A stretch of 55,006 bases of DNA, counting the filler, from Sluysia triapertura (Eukaryota): assembly GCA_046118255.1 (NCBI GenBank). It is 4 parts of 4 records of this genome, joined end to end, with 100 filler letters (N's around TTAATTAATTAA, not from the genome) between each part and the next. Parts side by side here need not be neighbours in the genome. Positions count along the whole stretch, not along the records: positions 1 to 16,817 come from JBJNIA010197487.1; 3 more parts are not named here. One strand, given 5' to 3'. This document shows, in pieces, positions 1 to 12,620 of the stretch (positions are counted from its first letter, which is position 1; each line of letters starts with the position of its first letter). The notes under the pieces were generated by a model. The model saw only the letters and a list, made by a program, of their open reading frames with translations. It had not been told where the DNA came from and made no database searches. The position numbers were made by a program, and so were the translations under genes.

Positions 1-85
1 TTGTTTAATAATCTGTGTACATGTGAAATGTTTTTATGTGATGAAGTGTGATGAATTTTGTGTGATTTCCCTACAATTATTATAT
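1..85 (-). repeat. Partial copy of the C/A-rich leader module also at 48608-48692 and, inverted, at ~54160-54225
   Basis: TGTGAAATGTTTTTATGTGATGAAGTGTGATGAATTTTGTGTGATTTCCCTACAA is nearly identical to ~48630-48685. Confidence 0.85.
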
Positions 86-90
86 TAAAA

Positions 91-148
<58 letters not shown>

Positions 149-359
149 GGAGTATTAAATTAATATTTTGAAAAGTACTAATATATCATCATAATGCTGT
201 GAATCACTAATCAAGTATAAGGTCAATGATTGTAAATCAACTATAAATAACGTTTAAGTAAGTGATTTAAATCACAAGTTACAAGTCATTTTGAGACAAA
301 AAGAACTTCATTTTTCACATAGAAACGTTTTAAATCATTTATAAGTTTTTACGTCTATT

Positions 360-1219
360 TGTTTTGCGAATTATTTTTGAAGACGTCATTTGTGAAAGAT
401 TATTTTTCCCACCTCCTAATGCATCCATAAACGAACCCAATATTTACATAAATAAGAAGTGCTTTACATGCAATATCATTTTTACCAAAGGACAACACGT
501 ACTTGAGTATAAAATTAAATCCCACTATATTGTTCCTATCTTTCCTGAAAAATCTAGTACACTGTCTCCAATACCTGTATCTAAATCTCCTACAATAACA
601 ATGCTCTTAACCAATATCGTCAAAAATTATAGCTTCCTCGGCCATGCAATGGTACCCTAATTATTCAGGCAGAAAAAAATGATATAGCATTATTCCACAT
701 TTGGATGAATTATTTACAACACCCGTAGAGCAGCACTCGATCATCGACCTGGAATACTATTTCACTTCCATAAGCTGTGATTCTCGGAAAATCAATGGAT
801 TTATTTGGAATAAAATAGTTCATGTAAATTGTTTGTCAATTTGTTTATGGTAATATGTATTTTATTAAGTGTTTTCAAAGACTTATGAATCAAATCTTCT
901 GTTGTACTTGTTAACTGTCCATCGCAATCTGAAATGAATATTGCCAAATGACGAATCTTTTGAATAAGTTTCTTTGTAACCAATCTTGATAGTTTAGTAA
1001 AGTTTCTTCGGTCATTTTTAAAGTAATAGCAAATGCTAATGTTGTCCAATCTTATTTTTCTAGATTGATAGTTTTCATTTGAGCTTCAAAACGTTGTTGT
1101 TGAAATTCATGTAAAACATGATATTCATTTATACAAATCCAGTAGTGCATTGTTTAAATCGGTTTGAATATTATTTGAACTATTCGTTACTCTATAAAAT
1201 CTCTTTCTCGAACTTCAAT
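360..1219 (-). pseudogene. Decayed coding frame of unknown identity behind a splice acceptor
   Basis: After TTTGACAG (AG ~1220-1221) one minus frame reads as protein-like text with many stops (IEVRERDFIE*...HEFQQQRFEAQMK...YQDWLQRNLFKRFVIWQYSF...RITAYGSEIVFQVDDRVLLYGCC). Family not recognised. Confidence 0.4.
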
Positions 1220-1699
1220 CTGTCAAATGTAAAATGATAACTTAAAATTAAGGTTATTTTTTGTTTTAAATTCTTGTCAATGTCCACTTGTTGTTTCTTA
1301 TTATACTTGGATTGAGAAAATTTACAACTCAAAAAGAAAGAAAAAACATGACATATAAATTGGAAAGGATTTAGAAAAGTTAGGAATGTTTACAAAAATT
1401 TTATTATTGAAAATTCAATTTGATTTTGATTTCTTAAATGTTTTGATGTTGATATGAAATATTTATATTGGTTGTTTATTTTAATTATTTTATGATATTT
1501 ATGAGATTTTAGTGAAAATTTTAAATGAAAGCTTTGTTTCAACGCAATTATAATTTTTATATTTGTTTGATAACGATGCAAATTTATTTTTGTGGTATCG
1601 ATTTTTTTCTTTGAGTTTAATAAAACTGCATTGGTTTGTTGGGTCTTAATTATTCTGATTAATCAAATAATAGGAGTTTGATGCAAATTGGTGTTGGTA

Positions 1700-1905
1700 A
1701 CTTTTTTGAATTGTTGGGATTAGTGAAGGATAAGGAGAAATATAATGTTCATGGCTCATGATAACAAGATAAAATGAACATCAGTGAAGAATTAGGATAA
1801 GGTATTATGATGAATTGTAAGAACAAAATACTTGAATCAAAACAAAATAATGAGAAATGCGAAGAAACAACCTTTTATAAAGTTTTTCTTATTAAAGTAT
1901 TAAGT
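1700..1905. repeat. Diverged interspersed repeat, second copy at ~20548-20757
   Basis: Shared blocks TGTTGGGATTAGTGA, ATTATGATGAAYTG and TTGAATCAAA...AAATAATGAGA in the same order. Confidence 0.8.
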
Positions 1906-2269
1906 ACACTTGTTAATTAATTTAATTAAAATTTGTTTAATTTCATAACTTAATAAAATGTTTGCTCATGATGGAATAATATTAGATTTAGTGTATAATT
2001 ATGAGTTTTATTAGTATTCTTAATGATAAAGTATTACGAAGCACGTCGAAGTAGACAACGTAAAAAGTAGTTATTTTAATTTAAAATTAAAGTAAATATT
2101 TTTGATGTTTAAGTATTAATAAAGTAGATATTAAATTGATGCTTATAAAGATAATAATCCAAATATGTTATTGAACTTGACGCGCAACGCATTATACAAA
2201 AGATTCCCATAGAAAAATAAACTTATTATAGAATCATTATAAATTTATTATTTTATTAAATTTTATCAT

Positions 2270-2515
2270 CAATTTAACTCATTAAATTACACTATCAATA
2301 CAGTAACACTGTAGTAATGATATTAAATTTTAATTTAATGATGTTGAGAAGATAGGGAGACTGTTTACCACAAATCCCATTATCTTTAGATAATTACAGT
2401 ATAATGAAATTGAATACAAGCAGAAATTACTGCCGAAATGTAATCAGTAAAATTGGTCGGCTTAGCACCGACTAAAAAGAATGGACAATTTTAATTTCGA
2501 CTTGTCCAATTTCCC
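2270..2515 (+). other. Hairpin cluster (structured leader-like module)
   Basis: Stems TCATTAAATTA/TAATTTAATGA, TTACTG/CAGTAA (2427-2450), TTGGTCGG/CCGACTAA (2453-2475), TGGACAA/TTGTCCA (2482-2508). CACTATCAA..CAGTRACACT is shared with ~10328-10346. Confidence 0.55.
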
Positions 2516-2829
2516 AAATGATCGTAAAACTGATATATAAGCAGTCATATTTTTTCAGAAAATTAGAAACAAAATAACAAGACAAGAATAGGCAATGATA
2601 ATTAAGAAAATGAAAACGTTTAGTTTTAGGGACGTTACTTCTATTCATCTGCGGAAAACGATTAAATTGAGGCTTATTCTTTATCTATCAACTAAAATAA
2701 ACATTTAAGTGGTTATAAGAAAAAGGGTAAGTAACTTTTTTATTCATTACATTTTAGTTAGTACGGGCGTCAATATTTATTTTAGATATCACCACTAATA
2801 TTAATGTTAATAAATAATAATTATTTTTA

Positions 2830-3075
2830 TTTATTTTTTCTTTTACAACAAATATTTGAAATGTGAAATTTTTTTAATCTTTTATTAATTAAGTTAAAAA
2901 ATTTTCATAACACAAAAACATTAAACTATAATTTTAAAACAATTAACGAAATACTAAATTTTTTAATTAATAAACTAGGCTTAAGGCCTGTAAAAAATAA
3001 CAATTTAAGACAAACAACAAAATTTAACGGTTTATTCATACAATAAAACATAGCGAAAAAGCGTATAAAAGTACT
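2830..3075 (-). repeat. Shared 3' module (copies at ~46070-46295 and ~50085-50260)
   Basis: TAAACTAGGCTTAAGGCCTGTAAAAAATAACAATTT versus TAAACTAGGCTTAAAGCCTTTATACAATAACAATTT (~46205), with weaker flanking similarity. Confidence 0.75.
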
Positions 3076-3199
3076 TATACCATTATAATGAAGTTTAATT
3101 GATATTTCTTTTCTATAATCACAATTAAGAAAGGTGTAGTAAAAGAGACCTTTTTAACGTTATCGATTGTTTTTACAGGTTCTCTTTTATTGAATTAGT

Positions 3200-6180
3200 G
3201 TGTAGTAGCTCCGGTATCAAAAGTGACGATTTGATTACTTTTATTGGGTCATTTTCATGATTTTGCACAAGTTTATATTTCGATATTGTCCAGCGATTGA
3301 GATAATAACAGTTTGGTTTTCATTATTAATTTTTATTATTCTATACGAACCTATATATCTTGGCTGCAACGAATGAAGGTTTTCCGCGATCAACCAGACA
3401 TATTCACTATCGGTGATACTTTGTGGTATGTATACATGCGATGAATTATTACTTACTGGTGATTTGTTTAATTCGCTGAAATATTCTCTTAAATGCCTAG
3501 AAAAAACATTTTCTTTTGGTAGCGAAGTTTTGAAGTTCGTATGGTAATCTTTTATTTATACCAAACACGATTTGAGCTGGAAAATATCCGGTAGATGAAT
3601 GTGGAATATTCCTCCCAACCAAGTAGTATAAGGGGCAGTGTATCCGATCAATTGTATTTGATTGATAGTGCCTGCAGTGAACTTTTTACTATGCGGTGAA
3701 ACTGCTCTATCATTCCATTTGATTGCGGATGATAAACTGTGGTTCGTAATCTGGAGCTTCCTAGATGTTTTAATAAACTATTGAAAAGCTCAGATTCGAA
3801 TTGTTTGCCTTGATCGGTAATTATTCTTTTAGGCACACCAAACCTAGCGATCCAATGCGTTACGAGGATATTTGTTATCGTTTCAGTAGATATTGAGAGC
3901 ATTGGAAACGTCTCCAATCAACGACTATGTCGGTCTATGATTGTTAAAATGTAAATGTATGCCCTTGAATTTGGAAGTGGACCGACAATGTCCACGTGAA
4001 TTGTGTCAAAAAGCTGACCGGTTGGAAAATGGAGGATTTCCGGTTTGGTATGTTTGGTTGTTTTTACCGCCTGGCAGGTGAGGCATGCTTTGGTCCAGTT
4101 TTTGACGTCCTTCTGTATAAAAGTCCAAATCACTTCATATGTGGATTTGGCACCTGAGTGCGTTGTGTTATGAATAAATTCGAACGCTTTAATCCTCAGG
4201 TTTGGACCAAGGACTGGCCGTGAAATTCCTGATAATTGGTGATCAAAATACACTCCTTCTCGTAGAGTTGGTGTTGAAGAGAACTTCAATAAATCTTCTG
4301 CTGAAGGAGGATCACCTTTTACATCTTCGATAGAAAACATCGACTGAAATTCGATGCTACTGATGCCAACTAGTGATAAGACATCAGCGACCACATTTTC
4401 CTGCCCAGGGATATGTTGTATGTCGAAATTTAACTGGGACAGGTAGCTGATATGCCTTTGTTGCCTTGGAGAAGGATTTTTCATAGAAAAGATAAATAGC
4501 AAAGGCTTGTGGTCGGTCCGAAGCGTAAATTTCACTGGAATTAGCAAGTATTCGAAGCGTTTCACTGCCAGGTAAATTGCCAAAAGTTCGCGATCAAAAG
4601 CAGAATATCGTGTTTGTTGGTTGAACAATTTATGCGATTAAAATTCAATTGGTCGTGGCACTTCGTTGTGGTATTTGGTTAAAACTGCACCAACTGCTAT
4701 GTTTGACGCATCGGTTGTTAAAATGAATTTTTCATTTGGTAATGGAAACGCTAGACTCTGCATTTTGGTAATGTGTTCTTTGATTTATTGAAATGCAGAT
4801 AACGAAGTTCCATTCCAGTTTATTATTCGCGTCTTTTTTCCAGATGATAAGGCAGTTAGTAGTGCTAAGATCTCAGAGAGTTTTGGAAGAAATCTGCGGT
4901 AGTAATTGACTAGGCCAAGGAAACTCCGCATTTGCGTGACTGTTTCTGGTTACGGAAAATTCCTTATTGCTTCTGTACGGCTTGGTAATGGTTCGATGCC
5001 GTCAGAAGAGATCTCATGGCCAATAAATGCAATTTTAGATTGAAAGAATTGGCATTTCTTTGATTTGATTATTAAATTGTGATCTGCCAGCAGTTTTAAA
5101 ACTTGGTCGAGATGTTCTTTGTGTGAATTATCATCAGTTGAAGCGATGATAATATCATCAATATATGCTGCAACCAATGGTAGACCTTGAAGTATTTGAT
5201 CTATGTGTCTCTGAAAGGTCTGAGCAGCATTTCGAAGACCAAACGGCATTCTTGTATATTCGAATAAGCCAAAAGGTGTTGTAACTGCGGTCTTCGCGAT
5301 ATCCTCTGAGTATACCGGGATTTGATGGTACGCTTTCGCTAAGTCAATCGAAGAGAATAACTTGCAACCAGAGAACCTATGTAAAATATATGTTATTAAA
5401 GGCATAAGATATGCGTCAGGGATCGTGACTTTATTTAGCATTCTGTAGTCACCGCATATCCTGACTGACCCGTCTTTTTTCTTAACTATTTGTAAGGGTG
5501 CCGCACAAGATGAAGAAGATCGGCGCACAATTCCTTGTTTCTCCATGTCGAGAAATTCTTGTTCTGCTTGTGCGCGGACTTCTTGAGATAGTTCCCGACG
5601 ACGTAATTTGCACGGTGCAGTTGGGATTGTTTGAATGAAATGGACAGAGGTAGAGTTATGATATGTTGAAAACTCTTCCCTCAGTAAGTTTGGATATTTT
5701 ATTTCTATGTATTGTGTAACATTCTCTTTATTGATAGAATTGTGGTCCAAACTTATCTGGTTTCTTGTTTCTACAGTCTACCAGGAGTTCGTAATAATCG
5801 AAGAAATCAGCTCCTAGTATTGGTTGTTGCACTGAAGCTATTGTGAAATCCCATTCAAACAATTTATTGAATTTTAGTAAATGGAATTTTAGTTTTTGTG
5901 TTCCTTAACACGCCACGGATAACCCGTTTGCTGCAGTTAAATATTGACTTGGTTGATTCGATTTTCTACATAGCGTGTTAGGAATCACTGATACCGCTGC
6001 TCCCGTGTCGATATGGAATTCTAGTCGTCGGTATATGAAATTTTCGAATATAAACGGCATGGAGAGTGATGCCATTTCGATCGGTTTAGCCGCTATAACC
6101 GATGCACCTTCAGTTTTTTGTTGGCGCTTTGAAGTTAGCGAAGTGCACGCAACCTTCCATTCACTTGCGCGCCAAATTCT
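3200..6180 (-). mobile_element. Decayed Ty3/gypsy LTR-retrotransposon: gag tail plus pol (PR-RT-RNaseH-IN)
   Basis: Gag end ARK*MEGC...KN*; protease HIDTGAAVSVIP (~5980-6015); [38 protein letters not shown]; RNaseH TTDASNIAVGAVL and RELLAIY; integrase HVDIVGPLP, ITDQGKQFES, YHPQSNGMIE. Domain order is gypsy-type. Multiple stops and a frameshift; no LTR pair seen. Confidence 0.95.
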
Positions 6181-6459
6181 TTAGGCCTATATCCAACAAT
6201 ACCTTTTATAAAGGACTAGTTATACTTTTGTGCACTTATCTAATTGTTATGCTGTACAAAATTATTCTATTCTTCCTTAGATAAGGAACTGAATGTAGCT
6301 ATCCTTCCTATAATTTACCCCTACTAACAATTACTTTTACAATTATTATTTGAAAATTATTCTACAAATGTTTGTGTTGAAGTATAAAATGTTTAATGCT
6401 TTTACAAAAATGTTTTATTAGATTATAATGCAAAAAAAGATAGAACAAGTAATATAAAG

Positions 6460-7560
6460 TGTGGTGGCCAACCCATTACGTTAAAAATTTGATATCAACA
6501 AGATATAACAAAATTCCTTTTCAGAACATTTCATAATTGTTAATGCTGGCAAACATTCCATACATAAAATTTCCTAACATTAAAATTATAATTAACATCG
6601 AAATTCATCAATGATATACTTTAAAAAATCATTTCAAAACACTTTAAATCTACAATTTTACAACACCAAAATCACATCTACATTCAAAACCATTAACCCT
6701 CATTAAATTTTATTCAAAACATTTTAAATTCACAAGTTTTCAACATCCAAACTTTGCCTCCATTCAAAACCATCAATGCTCATTTAAAAATTCATTTAAA
6801 ATATTCAAATTCACATTTTCAACATCTAAATCATATTCCACTCAAACCATTAATTTACATTTTAAATTCAATTCAAAACATTTTCAATTCATATTTTTAT
6901 TTCATTTTTGAATGGTTCTTAAAAGATTTATGTACAGATGGAGAAAAATAAGATCTTTTTTGTATAACTTTATTGTTATTATTATTATTATAATTAATAT
7001 TAACATTTTATTGCATTATTAATTATTATTTTCATCATTATTTTAACTATTAATAAGCGATTTATTCATCTCTCGACAGTTAAATTGAATTTAATTAGCC
7101 ACGTCATGTTGGTTGTTCATCGATAACAGCTAGTTGCCAGGATCGAGTGTTTTGTATGTGCTGATTCTGATCTGATTGGACATCCAATAAATACCTCTTC
7201 TTTTATGATCATTGTTATTGTAAGTAGGTGTCCAATCAATCGTCCAACTGGCAGATGCTACAAGCACAGCAAGAATTTATAAAGTTAAATGTGCTACTAG
7301 ATATCAAACAGATTTCAACACCCACTACGACAGAGTACAATCTCATTTAACAAATCTCGGAATCAACTTCAATTTACGGAAGTTACATAGAGAAGTTGTT
7401 GGATCTTGTGGTAACCACAACTGTGTTCCACTCGCCTCCGAAATATACAAAGAATTAAAAGTAATTCTAAATTTTTTATTAAACTTTATTCATTTGAACT
7501 ATTTTTATATCTCATTTATTTTAGAAGAGCGAAAGAAACGATCACGTGGCTTAATCATAA
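6460..7560 (+). mobile_element. Cassette copy A: motif, C/A-rich tract, hairpins, short frame, terminal intron
   Basis: TGTGGTGGCCAACCC 6460-6474; G-poor tract to ~6900; stem TGCCAG/CTGGCA (7135-7253) encloses TGATTGGACATC/GGTGTCCAATCA; open frame VQSIVQLADATSTARIYKVKC...EIYKELK; GT-AG intron 7461-7524. Confidence 0.55.
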
Positions 7561-9247
7561 AAGTCTAGAACATTATGCTGATAAATTTCAAACTTTTAAT
7601 GTGAAAACTAATAAATTAAATTGTTGTATTAGTCCTGATTTACTCGTATTATTTTCTAATTTAAAATTAATTGTTATAATTTTTAATAAACACAATTTTA
7701 GTATTCATTATCAATATTTATTAACTTGTCTCAATAAATTTAAATTAAATTTTCTAAAGAAATTTTCAATTAAATGTAGTAATTCAAGAAATTGTAATTT
7801 ACTCAATAATAAAAAACACAATAATACACCACATAAAGAATGTTATACACAGTAATACACATTTATAATTAAAATCAGAGGGTCTTTACTTATTTTGTGA
7901 AATAAATATAAACTTACCGCGATACATTACCGAAAACAGCAATAAACAAAAACAATATTGTAAAATTGTTTCTTTATATGCTAGTCTTTTTTGAAAAATA
8001 ATTTCTTTTTTGGAAAAATAATACTTCAAAAAGACTTTTTAAATAATTTTAAAGATTGTGATAGCATTTTTTTATTGATTTACAGGGTTGCGATAGCAAT
8101 CTGACATTATATAAGGAGTATTCAGAAAATGTGTTATAATTTGTATTAAAATTTGTAATTATTATTTAACTAGTGAATTATCAAGTTTATTACAATTTTG
8201 AACTGTATTTGATATTATTATTATTATTAATCATGATTTTGAATTATTGAACCTAACTTCTATAGTTATTATAACTAAATTATTTAAAATTTAGACATAA
8301 TCAAAACAGAAGTTTTAAACCCTTCTCGGTCCGATGATTTTATTGGAGTGCTGGTGTCCAGATGTATCTGAATAATTGGAAAACAAACACATTTGTAATA
8401 AATTCCAAATGATTCCTTTGGTAAAATCATTATCTTGTTAACTACATGTTTTCACAATAAATTATAGTATTAATTAGTTAACTTTCTCAGTAGGGCAACT
8501 CAAATAAAGCAATAAGAAATGTTTTTTACCAATTAATTTAATTTTATTATAATTAAAATATGACGTAAACTCAGTTGTAAAACAATTAACATCAACCAAT
8601 TATTTTATTATAAACTTTTATAGTATCCATAGTAAAATACACAAATTAAATTTAACAGTATATTGTTATGTAAGTATTTACTTAGATACATAAAATTAAA
8701 ACCAATTTTATGATATTTTTAGAGAATTTAATTTAAATTTTCGTCAAGACAGATTATTTACTCAAGAATCATTTCAATAAGTAATTAATTTATTAAATTA
8801 CTTTTGTTTCACAATATATTATTCAATAATTCATATAACCAGAAATTACAGTTTGAAGTAATTATTGCATCATTATTACAAGTAATACTAATTATAAATA
8901 TATTTCGAAAAACAGTTAAATTAACGTACCAATTATTACTTACGTTTATAATAAAAATAATACGAACATTCATAAAAATAATAAATTTATTACAATAATT
9001 TTCATTTTTCTGAAAACTAATTTATTCTGTGATTTCTAATTACCATGATTATTTATCTCGAATACTCATAAATCGAATAATATGTTTGTTATTAATTAAA
9101 ATCTTTGCAAAAATAATCAATATTGGTAAAATGTATGTTAATTAAGTTATTGCTTTTGAACCACATGACTTTTATCCGCACAGAACAAACAAGTTAAGTG
9201 ATTCAAAACTGCTATATTATAAATGGTTTCTTTTTCAATTTCGTTCA

Positions 9248-9660
9248 TTGTATACTTGTATTTCATCATCATATGGTTTAGATTTCATTGAATTCACTAA
9301 TTTTTGTTGTAAATACGAATTTGTATTTGGAGTGATTTATTATATAACATTCATTATAATAGAAGTGACTTATTCAAAATTGTCTATTGGTCGGATTATT
9401 AATTTGATTCCAGAAAGTTGCTTTGAAACGTTTACAGCTTTTATAGGTAATGAAGTATCTATTGACAGTGTTATCGTATGTCGAGTATTATGAGTACGTG
9501 AGATACAATTATATATTAATCGTTTTGCTGTGGTTTTATGTCCTAAACTTAACCTAATCAGCAAAATAGATTAACAGAGTTCGCCTACAATATACGGCTT
9601 ATCAGTATTTGTAAGTGCGTGAACGTAATTAATATGCAAAGAAAGATTCAATAGATTGCC
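9248..9660 (+). pseudogene. Possible decayed coding remnant, unidentified
   Basis: The 81-aa ORF continues in frame past single stops (VIVCRVL*VREIQLYINRFAVVLCPKLNL). No motif recognised. Confidence 0.25.
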
Positions 9661-9949
9661 TTACTAGTTAAGTGAGGATTATTGATTTCACTAAAGGAAG
9701 ATTTTATGTTAAAGTTTATGAATTTTCAATTACTCAATGATTCGTATATTAATAAATTATTCGCAATTGTGTAATAAAGTGAAAACAAATGCTATTAAAG
9801 TATATTATATCAAAATATCGACAAATTATTAACACAATAGTTTATGTTAAAAGAACAAAATTATACAGACAAATTATTAATATTGCAATAATAATAATAA
9901 TGATAATAATTTTAATTCCTCATACCTAGTCTAAACAAAGGCTCGGTCT

Positions 9950-10630
9950 AATTATGATTGAAATTTAAAATGATTTAAAATTTAAAAACAATTAAATCGC
10001 ATTTAAAAAAATCATTTAAAACATTTAAGTATCATTTTATAACATTAGAATCACAATTACATCTTTAAATTTTACCTAAAATGTCTAACATGAATTTAAT
10101 ACATCATAAGTTCACAATCTCATCATTTAGCTTTTTAGTCTTTCAAAGATAATAAAGACCTTTAAATAATGTCTTATTTAAACAGAAAGTTCATGTAATT
10201 TTCAAAAAGTTTATGCAATTTAGAATAATAGTAATAATAATATTATTTTTGTTATTGTTACTATCATCATTTTAATTTTTCATTATTTTTAATAATACTT
10301 TTATTAATTTACTAAATTTGCAACTACCACTATCAACAGTGACACTATTAATTCATACTTACAGTTTATTGTCACTATTGATAGTGGTTGTGTTTTCAAC
10401 ATACGTAAAATCTTACTATTACTCATCAGTCGACGGGCATTTTAAATCTTTTGATGTTGCTTTACTAACTGTCGATTGATGACGGTTCTTTGTTAGTGTT
10501 TCTGAGTATTTTGATGATTGCCCAATTAAAATTATGAATATCACTATCTTTTTGTGTTTTGATTGGGCAACCATTCACATTATGAAAAAGATTTCTCATC
10601 ATAATTTCTTGTTGTCATTGTTAGTTTAAA
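9950..10630 (+). repeat. Cassette copy D leader: 5'-truncated C/A-rich tract plus three long hairpins
   Basis: Tract resembles 6615-6740 and the reverse complement of 22380-22510. Hairpins at 10326-10388, 10423-10482 and 10518-10570. Confidence 0.65.
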
Positions 10631-10651
10631 AAACATAATATTAAAACTTAC

Positions 10652-11582
10652 TTTAGAGATTTTTATCTTAAAAATAAAAACAGCAATGGCAATTAACAAT
10701 AAAGAAGACATGCAGCGTAGATTAAAAGCTCATATAGAATTAATAAATTTCTCTTCAAACGTGGAAACACACATTACAATAACTCCAAGAATTAATGATA
10801 AAGAAAATTTTGAAATAACTACTCTACGATTTGATGTTGTAAATGATAGCATCAGAGAACAAGTTGAATTTATAATTGATTGAGAAAATAGATGCCGAAA
10901 GATGTGACTTAAGTATTAATTCTTTATTTTTAGATGAAGATGTATTTGTTTATGAATAACTTGGTTACAGTAAAGATTTAGAAAATAATATTATCTGTTT
11001 TATTGGAATCAGTGCTAATCGAAGTCAAGAACATTATTTAAGAATTTTACGATATTTTAGATTTTCTGGAAGAATCCAATCCATGCGTTGAAGAAATTTT
11101 ATCTGATATCAAACGAAATCCCGATAGTCTAAAAATTATTATCGGTGAATATATTTTGGCAGAATTGAATAAAATTATTAAAGGTAAACACGCATGTGAT
11201 ATATTAAAGCGAATGTTTAAAGTAAATTTGTTTTCTTATATCGATTTAGTAAAAAATAATTTTTAAACTAAGAAAAAACGATTTTGTGAGTTTTATGAAA
11301 ACTTACAGAAAATTGATGCTAAAAGTGCGACGTTTGTAAATTAATTATTGATAATGAAAAGGAAGTAGAAATTATTCGCAAGCGTTTTAAGTTAAACAAT
11401 AATGACTTATTTATTATGCGTTATTGATTTGATAAATGTGATACGAAGGTGACATTGAAAAATTAACAAGATGATTTCATAATATGCGATATTAAAAAAG
11501 AATTCAACATAATCGATTGGAAATATGTCAATTCGAATCGTTGAAATTACTAGGAAGACCAGAAACAATTGATGAATGGTCT
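10652..11582 (+). pseudogene. TRNT1: Intronless decayed copy of the CCA-adding tRNA nucleotidyltransferase
   Basis: Across frameshifts: ETHITITPRINDKENFEITTLRFDV...VEFIID*; DAERCDLSINSLFLD; [12 protein letters not shown]...[19 protein letters not shown]; IGEYILAELNKIIKGKH; ETIDEWS. These match animal class II CCA-enzyme motifs as I recall them ([49 protein letters not shown]). RRD and EDxxR motifs are mutated. Confidence 0.9.
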
Positions 11583-12149
11583 TTAAAAAAGAACAACGTT
11601 CAAACTGATACTACCAAAACTCAATTAATCCGATCAGATCTGGACGATGAGTCACGACACTTCAAGTCTGGTTTGTGTCTAGATGCTGTGACCTAGACGG
11701 AACATGTATAAGGTATGGTAGTAACTTATCCTGGACGTCACGCTTAACGAATCATAATCATCGAATTCAACAACTCGTTTCGTCATTGAGAGAAATATCT
11801 TTGGACAATAACAAATGTCATAACTTAAAAGTAATCATATTTTTTTATTCTAATCTTGTTGATACTCTTATAATCATGTTTTATTATCCCTTAATATTTT
11901 TTAGAAACCTGGAAAGTTTGCCTTTGAAACATGCCAAGGAAATGATGTGCAAGAAACGTATTTCAAAATTAATTGTCAATAAATTTTTAAATTTAAGTTT
12001 TCTTCATTCATTTAATGTTAAAAAAGATTGTGAAATGTACCAAAGAATGTTTAAACTTTAATGCTAATCTAAATATTAAACTAAAAAATGTACGAATTTA
12101 TTTAAATTTAAAAGTTCTAAATCCTAAATTTCAACGTATACCCCAACAC

Positions 12150-12620
12150 TTACATCTTATTGGTCTGGAGATCCACGCCTGAAAGTTTTAGATCAAGCTT
12201 ACGTGTTTTACTAGCACTACGAGAATTAATTTTATGCGTCTTAGCGTCACTTTTCTCATTATTCAGATTACATTTATGTTTACATGACCTTGTCGAGAGT
12301 GTTGTCTTCAGTAACATTAAAATTATTATCATCATCATTATCAACCCAAACTTTCCTAACACTTTTCAAATGTAAGATTCGCAAAATCATCCGTCATTAA
12401 TTGTTCTGCGATGCGTTCATTTTGGAGTCCAAACAGAAAAAATGGTTTGCAACACTTTATTACTTATAGACTCCCGTTTACTTTGTTTTGATTTATTGAG
12501 AAATTTACTGCTTCATAATATGAATGCACATAATACGAAATATTTGTAATATTTTACATTATCATAGTTATCTTTGGGTTCTCTTGATCTGTCATGTGTT
12601 TAATTCAAATCTACCCAATA
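12150..12620 (-). mobile_element. Remnant of an LTR-retrotransposon gag
   Basis: Minus frame FLFGLQNERIAEQLMTDDFANLTFEKC (~12360-12445) resembles the gag FxxGL...I...LL....LT.EKA signature; stops on both sides. Confidence 0.5.
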
